From Eledone cirrhosa (Eukaryota), in assembly GCA_964016885.1 (NCBI GenBank), contig OZ024740.1, forward strand, positions 85,250,001 through 85,314,000: a stretch of 64,000 nt of DNA, written 5' to 3'. Below, piece after piece: positions 55,263-64,000 of this stretch. The position numbers were made by a program, and so were the translations under genes. Position 1 is the stretch's first letter. Each line of letters starts with the position of its first letter. The notes under the pieces were generated by a model. It searched no databases, had not been told where the DNA came from, and was given only the letters and a program-made list of their open reading frames with translations.

Positions 55263-55354
55263 GCATCAGGGTGATTTTAAGTTGCAATTCTCATATATTA
55301 AAAATGAGAATACAGTCTTTGTGTAAAGAATTAATTCCATAATGCTTTATTTTT

Positions 55355-55406
<52 letters not shown>

Positions 55407-55645
55407 GTTTGGCGTTTCCTCCAAATTGTAATAACAGCATTTAATATCGAGTTACAAGCAAGTAATGAATGTGATGTAGTGAAAGCAAGTGGACAGTGTA
55501 CATAATAATATTTGTTCGTATGCCTGTTGAGTGGCTTTGTGTATGTGTATTTAATGTGAATGAAGAAACAGAGAAAGCCATATATATCTCTCTCTATATA
55601 TATACACATACACACACACACATACATATATATGTGTATAAATAC

Positions 55646-55684
<39 letters not shown>

Positions 55685-55821
55685 GGTAAAGAGGCAGGCT
55701 GTGTGGTTACTGTAAAACAAGTGTAAGATGGTAATATGGACGTAAACAAGAGAAGAAAATTAGCCCTTCATCAGCTGTTTCCTGCGGATCATAGATGTTT
55801 CGGCGCTTAAAACATATATAT

Positions 55822-55906
55822 ATTTATTAAAATAACAGATTAAAGTTTAAGCAAAGAGTCACTGCTTTCACCCCTAACGGATTTTAGTCTTCACATTTAT
55901 TATTAT

Positions 55907-55912
<6 letters not shown>
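55822..55912. mobile_element. Ultra-short fold-back derivative of the Naiad pLTR in (TA)n
   Basis: A minus-strand tail with half hammerhead is fused at GGAT to the plus-strand terminus GGATTTTAGTCTTCACATTTATTATTATTACTA. Confidence 0.75.
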
Positions 55913-55941
<29 letters not shown>

Positions 55942-55958
55942 AATATATATATATATAC

Positions 55959-56029
<71 letters not shown>

Positions 56030-57446
56030 TGCTAGTACTATCTATCGGTCGCAACTCCAGGTAGAAGGAGCAACGTGAAATAAAGTGTCTTGCTCAAGGA
56101 CATATATGTATATATATATATATTTATATATACATATATATATATACATACACACACACACATAGACACACATATATATATATACATATATATATAATAT
56201 ATATGTATATATACATATACTTGTGGGTGTGTGTCTGTGTTAGAGGAGGTATCGGTATCTAAATTCATATGGACAACCAATTGTCTATGCCAAGTATGAA
56301 TGATGTGTTATCTATATATTGTAAATGGTATTTCGCTACACAATGCGCTTCAGTTTTTGGGCCTGAATCGTGTTGAGGCCACCAATGGTGGTATCTTTGT
56401 AACATATATGTTTGCACACATGGTAAGTATGTATAATATGAATACATACATATATGTACCTACATAATATACTTTTGAATATATCTGTTAATGTGCGTTG
56501 TTAGTGTGTGTGTTCGTAATTGTAATATAAATAGATGTATGTATGTATGTATGTATGTATGTATGTATGTATGTATGTATGTATGTATGTATGTATGTAT
56601 GTATGTATGTATGTATGTATGAGTGCTACTGGTAACAATTTAACCCAGTACAGCCTGTCGCATGGTCGGTTCCTTGGCGATTAAACCGGCAGCCCCACGA
56701 AGTTTACCTGGTGAGGAGGGTTATTTTGGGCATCCTGCAGGACAAAACAACAAAACCTGACAAAGGGCGGAAGAATTCATAAGAGTCAACGGCCATCCGA
56801 AAATGTGTAAATATGTATGTACATGTGTATATATGTATGTATGTACATATGTGTGTGCATATGTATGTATATGCGCGGAGGCATAGAAATAATCAGGCTG
56901 GATACCCGATCGCGCGGTTAAACCACTGGGAGTGAAGGACCCCCAGCTTTTGTCAGAAAACTGGGATAACTTCGATATAAAACCTGCGGCACAGTAGTTG
57001 ATCTTTTGAGTTATAGCTACTGTCGCTCAGAGAGTGGGATTGGCTTAGTGCACAGTCTTTCCTTACTTTAAAAAAAATCTTCACGCACAGGCATTGCACA
57101 ATAGAATTAATTGATAATTATTAACAATTGTTTCTACATTTGGCACAAGGCCAGCAATTACTCAGTGTATTACTGGTACTTCATTTTATCGACCCCGTAA
57201 GGATGAAAGGCAAAGTTAACCTCGGTGGGATTTGAACTCAGAATGGCAAGGACCATATGTTATATCGTGCTATGGCCATAGTCGATAACGAGTATGATGG
57301 CAGCCATCATGTATGTATGTATGTATGTACATATATGTTTATTATAAAATACGTATGAATATGTGTTTTTATGAGTTTATGTGAATGTGTACGCGTGTGG
57401 GTTTGTATGTGTGCATGTATGATGTGTGTGTATGTGTGTGTGCATG

Positions 57447-57528
<82 letters not shown>

Positions 57529-57589
57529 TATCTTTCATTAGACATATTTTGAAATAGTTATACTCTAGTCAAGTTAGTCAAATTGGTGC

Positions 57590-58410
57590 TTATAACCCCT
57601 AACTTCAAAATTATTAACTTCTTAGATCTTACCTTTATTACATCCTATAATAACTAAACGAGTAACTAAGCTATATTAACACTACAGCTTGTTATCCATT
57701 CATAGCTTTTAGAAGTCTTATCAACATCATTTACAGAATAATCACTAGCCTTTTAACAAAGACATCTTATAGATAGAGTGGCTTCACATTACAATAGTGA
57801 TTTAACAAATAGCAACTTCAAAGACAAAATTAGATATTTAGCCAACTTACTATTTTCTCTGAGTAAGAACAGGCTACTTAATATCATCTGGTCTCTACTC
57901 CATGGTCATTAAATGTAAAGATTATTTGGCACTAGTAGATAAACACTTCCCCGACAATCGCCGAAACAGGAACATTTTAAGAGGTAGTTTTTGAAAGTAA
58001 GTTATTGCTGAACTCATGATACGAGGAACATCATAACACAGAAACTAGCAAGATGAACAGAAACAAGATGCACATATATAGGCACTCTGTGTATATACGC
58101 GCTTGCATAAGTGTGAGTTTAATCACAAGAAGTCTACGGATATTAATCTTTTACACCAACACCCACAAAATACTGTTTTGCAGTGTACAGCAAAACGTGT
58201 TAATTGATACCTGGACCATAAAGACATAAGCACAAGAAAGTATCTACAGACAGACCCAATAAATTCTATAGGGATCTGCTTTTTGTCGGAAATATAATCT
58301 GTAAATACTGAGCGTGTCATAAGAAATACTATAGAATACATAGACATATGGCAGTGAACAGAGACTGGCTGAAAAATTAATTATGTGGAGATATTATCTG
58401 AAAGGAGGTT
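57590..58410 (+). pseudogene. Old Penelope/Naiad RT C-terminus relic
   Basis: NFKIINFLDLTF, YINTTACYP, HYNSDLTNSNFKDKIRYL, KNRLLNIIW, LALVDKHFP. Heavily decayed. Confidence 0.7.
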
Positions 58411-58506
58411 GCAATCATCATGTATGCATGGATATTCATACATATGCATACTGATATATATTAACACAACTCAACACACACACACGCACGCACACACACG
58501 CACACG

Positions 58507-58573
<67 letters not shown>

Positions 58574-58574
<1 letters not shown>

Positions 58575-59297
58575 GTAATAATAATAAATTTGAAGACTAA
58601 AATCCAAAGAGGGCTCGATAAGGATAAATATATATCAAATATATAAGAACCGTAGAGCAAATATTTATTAAAATAACAGATTAAAGTTTAAGCAAAGAAT
58701 CGCTGCTTTCACCCTTAACGGGATCTTCTGAAACTAACAAAGTCAATCTGTGAACGCAGAAGTGAATATTTATAAAACGTTGCAGCCGAAGGAAGACAGG
58801 AAGACGATACTTTGGTTCGTGGAAACGTTCCCTGGCAAAGAACGGGAAAACACGAATATAATACATTATTTGGAGCGTTGAGAACAATTGCACGCAAAGA
58901 CAGAACCACGTAAATGGTATAACAGAAGTCGTAGACTAAAATTCTAACTAGGAGACCAAATGAATCACCGCTACAGAGTTAAGAATAAAGTAAATAGAAT
59001 ACAGAGGTAATTGAAATTAAATAAATACATACACGCATCCAATACATACATACACAAGCATACGCAAAAACACTCGCCATAGGAATACAAATACACGCAC
59101 GTTCACCCCCCCCCCCCCAAAAAAAAAGCCCGCACGCACATACAGAACCCACGCAACGCCTGTAGCCGCACGCATACGAATGTATACACCAGATGTATAC
59201 ATCTGCGTTCACAGATTGACTTTGTTAGTTTCAGAAGATCCCGTTAAGGGTGAAAGCAGCGATTCTTTGCTTAAACTTTAATCTGTTATTTTAATAA
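58574..59297 (-). mobile_element. Second non-coding copy of the 8133-10684 Naiad family (3' UTR and pLTR) with an inverted pLTR piece
   Basis: 58574-59195 is the reverse complement of ~9760-10684 without the SINE and without the ~135-bp duplication. 59202-59297 is an inverted repeat of 58662-58759. Hammerhead folds lie at 58685-58735 (-) and 59227-59277 (+). Confidence 0.88.
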
Positions 59298-59301
59298 ATA
59301 A

Positions 59302-59357
<56 letters not shown>

Positions 59358-59835
59358 TATCTATCTCTCTATATATATATAGATATATATAGATATATAT
59401 ATTTATTATCTATCTCTCTATATATATATAGATAGATAAACACACACACACACAAAGCCCCAGAAACATACACACGTTTTGGTGTTTATATCAAAGATTA
59501 TATCGATGACAAGTTCTTTTCAACAGAAGGCTTGTGTGTGTGTGTGAGAAAGAGAGAGAGAGAGAGAGAGAGAGAAAGTATGTGCGTGTGCGCGAGAAAG
59601 AGAGAATGAGAGAGAGAGAGAGAGAGAGAAAGTATGTGTTTGTAATGCATGAGTGAGAGAGAGAGAGGGGGGGGGGGGGTAGCATGCAAATTTGAGTAAA
59701 TAGACAAAAAGCTTTCACTGAATGTTTTTCATGATACTGTTGACAGATAGTAAACTGTTATATACTCTATTTCCAACGAATTAAGTTTCATCTTTACAAA
59801 GATTCAGATATCAATCTATCTAATTTCTCATCCTT

Positions 59836-59871
59836 TCTTCTGATGAAGGACTAGCATCCGAAACGTTAAGA
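59836..59871 (+). ncRNA. Minimal type I hammerhead ribozyme (Penelope-type)
   Basis: TCTT-CTGATGA-A-GGA CTAGCA TCC-GAAA-CG-TT-AAGA, with palindromic helix III AACGTT. Confidence 0.75.
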
Positions 59872-59950
59872 CCCTCTTCCTGCTATTTCAAGCGTTAACC
59901 TAATATATTTCTTCCATATACTGATTGTGTTGTTATTTCTGTTTACCTTT

Positions 59951-60086
<136 letters not shown>

Positions 60087-60139
60087 TATATAACTTTAAG
60101 TTTGATAACTTTGATAGGTTTCGGCAAGTATTGGCCCAG

Positions 60140-61325
60140 GCCATGTCAAACTTAATAGCACCACCTGGTGAAGTCTTTCAAATAAGAATTTGGACAACAT
60201 GGCCCACTCAAGTAGAGAGTTATTGTTTACGGAGAAATATCCTGGTGTAGGAGGTTTATCCGGGATTTGTTGGAGGAATTTGGTTAAAATACGTTTTAAA
60301 TATTATGGGATCTATTTCTGTTTTAATGTGTTTTGGTGTAACGTTAAAGAACACGGGACCAATTGAGGTGAAAATAATTGTGCCTTATTGTTGTTATGAG
60401 ATGCGAGTTTGAGTTATGGAGTGGGCGGTTAACACAGGGCCCAAGCCTTTGGTGTACTTTGATGCCAACATCATTTGGGCAATGCTGATGGAATATTTTC
60501 CACATCATGCAGATAATGTATCTCTAATGGGGGCGTTGGAGAGAGTAGATTTTGAGATATTCTAGTCGACCCCAATAGTCAAGGTCTGTCATGCCGTCTA
60601 TTAGTGGCCAAGCTTATATTTTTATCAACAATTACTCCCAGATCTCTGATGTTGTTGGATGCCATGAGGGTTTCACACGAGGCAAAGGAATATGAGAGTT
60701 TCAGTCCATCCTCTTTTCCAAAGTGGATTAGTTCGAATTTATTCTCGTTCTGCAGCATATTGTTTTTTTTACCGCCCATTGGATAACAGCAAGTAGACCT
60801 TATTGAAGGCATACCCTGTCTCCTACTCCATTCATGACCTCCTGGAGCTTGGTATCATCTGCAAATATTCTTATGTTGAGGTGCTTGATGACGTCAGTTA
60901 TGTCATTGATATAGATAATGAAAAGTTGTGGGCCCATTCTGACTTGATTGTGCTCTTTCGACTACAACATGTTGGACTCTGTCAGGAAACACTTGATCCA
61001 TTGCAGTAATTTCCCAGAGACATCAATGCTGGAGAGTATTTTCAGCAGAATGTTGTGATCAACCCTGTCAAAGACCTTGCTGAAATTAAGGTAGATGACA
61101 TCAGTGCTGGAGCCCTCACACAAAGCTCTTAAAATGTCATCAAAGTGATGCAGGAGCTGCGTTAGGCAGTCCCTTCCATTACAGAACCCATGTTGGTTGG
61201 AGTTCAGCAGGCCGTTGCTTTCAAGAAAGGGAGTTATTCATGATCTCACCACCCTCTCAAATACCTTAATGGTATGAGAGGTGAGCGAGATCGGACGGTA
61301 ATTCACTGTTTCCCTTTTTGAAAAC
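60140..61325 (-). mobile_element. CR1-group LINE RT relic
   Basis: NYRPISLTSHTIKVFERVV, QHGFCNGRDCLTQLL, DVIYLNFSKVFDRVDH, IFADDTK, NIRDLGVIVD, YWGRLEYLKIYSLQR, KFLQQIPDKP. Confidence 0.9.
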
Positions 61326-62029
61326 TGGGACAGAACGTTAAGAGGTATATAGCCAGCATCCAGTGAGTTCACCCACAAATTAGCTGCGGTATTTGTTTCG
61401 GCTCCCTGCTCTCTGAGTTTCGAAATCGATAAAAAATGTACTACTATAGCACTGGGGGCAATTATTCCTCTATATCCCTTTCTTACTTCCATTCTATCAC
61501 ACTCTGCCTTTCTCTTTAAGGAATCTGCTATATTTAACGATGGAGAAGAGAAGGGCTCCGTCGGGTTTTAAAATGTCCTAGAAACGCTGTATACAAATGC
61601 GGCGCCCCTATGGTTCCATCAGGAAATACAGGACCATACATACACACATACATACATAACACAATCATTCATTTTTGAAGTTCATTAAAAAACAAAGAAA
61701 TCAAACTTGAAGGATATCAGACATTTTTTAACACATGAGTAGATGTAATCAGTGATTTATGTAGCCTTTTTATAACTTAAAAACCTTTGCTGAGAGAACC
61801 ATATTTCTTATCGTCCTAGATAGGAAATTAAAAGAAACTTTAAACATCCGACTCAATTGAGATCCAAAATATTACACATGCAGATGTGTGTGTGTATACA
61901 GCATGGCGATTTCGATAAACGATCGTCAGTAAGAACGTCAATATATTTAAACGTCATAATTTGTATTAACACAGGATTATGATGTTGTATGTGTATTATT
62001 GTGTGGCGGGATTTGAACTATGATCTGAG

Positions 62030-62310
62030 ATCCCGCCGAGGTTAACTTTGCCTTTCATCCTTACGGGGTCGATAAAATAAAGTAAAATAAAATAAAGTAT
62101 CAGTAATACGCTGATATAATTGCTGGCCTTGTGCCAAAAGTAGAAACAATTATTTCAAGTCTTTATACATAAGGAGAAACCTGTGTGGTGTGTGTGTGGT
62201 TGACGGCTGAGAGAAAAGAGTACTCAATACTGAAGTACCCTGTGATAAACACCCGAGACTCCGGAGTAACAAGACTCATTATTTAGCTTTAATAAAATGA
62301 AATATATATA

Positions 62311-62364
<54 letters not shown>

Positions 62365-62693
62365 CTGGCGATGGAAAGAAGAGGTTAGAAGCGCTTGCGA
62401 GAAATCGAACCCCCACCCCACATCTCTCAGATGCCGAGTCACATCTCTACTCTCAAATCACATTCTTAAAATTGGATACACTCGAAAATGCAGTCCTGTG
62501 CATACATTGAATTAGCAGTATAGGTAGAGAGTCGGAAGCCATGCTTTGCAGCATAGAGTTACAGCCCTTTACGGTCTGAGTTCAAATCCCGCCGAGGTTA
62601 ATTTTGCCTTTCATCCTTACGGGGTCGATAAAATAAAGTACCAGTAATGCACTGGGATAATTGCTGGCCTTGTGCCAAAAGTAGAAGCAATTA
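62030..62693 (+). mobile_element. Two tRNA-SINE copies (62030-62152 partial, 62512-62693 near full)
   Basis: Consensus motifs. Confidence 0.88.
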
Positions 62694-63284
62694 TTCTAAA
62701 ATAAAATAAAAACCCCATTAAAACACAATATAAGATGATCACGATTGTTACACCGGTTGAAGGATAAAAATAACTATACCATTGGTCACAATGGTTTAGT
62801 CCTGCTTTCAGTACTGGTTGACCAGATGATCAATGATTTTGCAGTCGTAACCATTCTATAGTCTTATTTGATCTGAGGGAAGAAATTTAGTGGCTATTTA
62901 TAACAGGTTGTGTGACAATATAGAATCTCCCTAGCTAGCTGATTTTGGCGACAGGAAAATTTAGATATACTAGAATTTTTTTCCATACGCTGATGCGTAT
63001 GTGTATGTGTGTGCGCGTGTGTATATGTGCATATGGATACATTTATATGCATGAGTTTATAAATAGAAACGTGCAAACTCAGACACACTTCCCCTTCTTT
63101 CCTTTTACATACACATACATTCACGCAGGCAGCAGACGTAAAAAGATAGGAGTAGTATGAGGTAGTCAAACTACTCTCTCTTTACGTGTTGTGACAGAAT
63201 CGCAGACATTTATATATAGATTACGTTCTATGATTCCTACAGAATTAAAAAATATATTACAAACACACTAAAGGGTAAAGTTCC

Positions 63285-63585
63285 ATTTTGATCATGAAGG
63301 ACCATGGGATTTGCACTTAGAAAGTTCCCCTCCGGGGTACAAGTCTGGACAAGGTTGTTTGTGGTAGATCAGCAGTCGCCCATGCATAGCTGACTCCCCT
63401 CTCCAGGCCACCGATGTTGTCCAATGGCTGTTACAGCTTTGCACCAGTGACGTTGAAACTCTTTTCAGCTTAGTGAAGATACAACTGGAGCAACGATTGA
63501 ACCACTAAACCAGAGAGAGGACATAACGCACTACCCGGTCCAAGAAAAGAACTCACAACCTCTCGATTGCAAGCCCAACGTTACG
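63285..63585 (-). mobile_element. SINE of a third family (fragment also at 56048-56100)
   Basis: GGACAAGGTTGTTT..CAGCAGTCGCCCATGCATA..CTGGAGCAACG..CCCGGTCC..GAACTCAC resembles a known Octopus SINE (recalled). Confidence 0.55.
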
Positions 63586-64000
63586 AAAATAAAACATACC
63601 TGCTGTGTTGACAGGTTTCTCTACTTGTCGTTTGTGGATAAAAATTTGGTTCAAATCTCTATGACGCCAAATATCTATGACGTCAAATCATTATGACGTC
63701 ACAATAATAGAGAGATAATTCTTTCAGGTAAAAACAAATAACGAAACGAAATTAAATTTCGTTTCGTTTGTAACTCACTTTTGTATGACTGACGCTTAAA
63801 CAATTAAGTTAAAGATGTACATCCATATATGTATACTGAAATACTAGTATGTATATGAATACACACACGTATACATATGTAGATGTACCAAGTTTCGTTA
63901 TTTGTTTTTATCGTCTCCGTTGAACCGGTACTTACTCACACTCTGTGCGGATTAGTCTGCCCACTACTAATTTTCATAGAAAAAGCATATAACGATATGT

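Noticed and set aside
56625-57095. HDV-like ribozyme in a putative RTE 5' UTR
   Set aside because: I could not build the P1/P2/P3 double pseudoknot by eye.

Overview
Eukaryotic, AT-rich, extremely repeat-dense DNA that is probably intronic or intergenic. The SINE families and microsatellite load look like an octopod cephalopod, which is an inference from remembered Octopus repeats. I found no intact protein-coding gene. Almost all listed ORFs are microsatellite artefacts or decayed transposon fragments. The window holds roughly 45 copies or fragments of one tRNA-headed SINE family, decayed LINE fragments (CR1-like, RTE, R4/Dong-like, CRE-like, Tx1-like), Penelope-like retroelements of Naiad type, mariner relics and MITEs, two Helitron-derived pieces, a perfect 37-bp minisatellite and many microsatellites. 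The most notable pattern is that short sequences between (TA)n/(CA)n tracts repeatedly carry hammerhead-ribozyme (HHR) folds. One Naiad-like family has a non-canonical core, CAGAAGA instead of CUGANGA, in every core-bearing copy. All folding and alignment was done by eye. Coordinates for old repeats are approximate.
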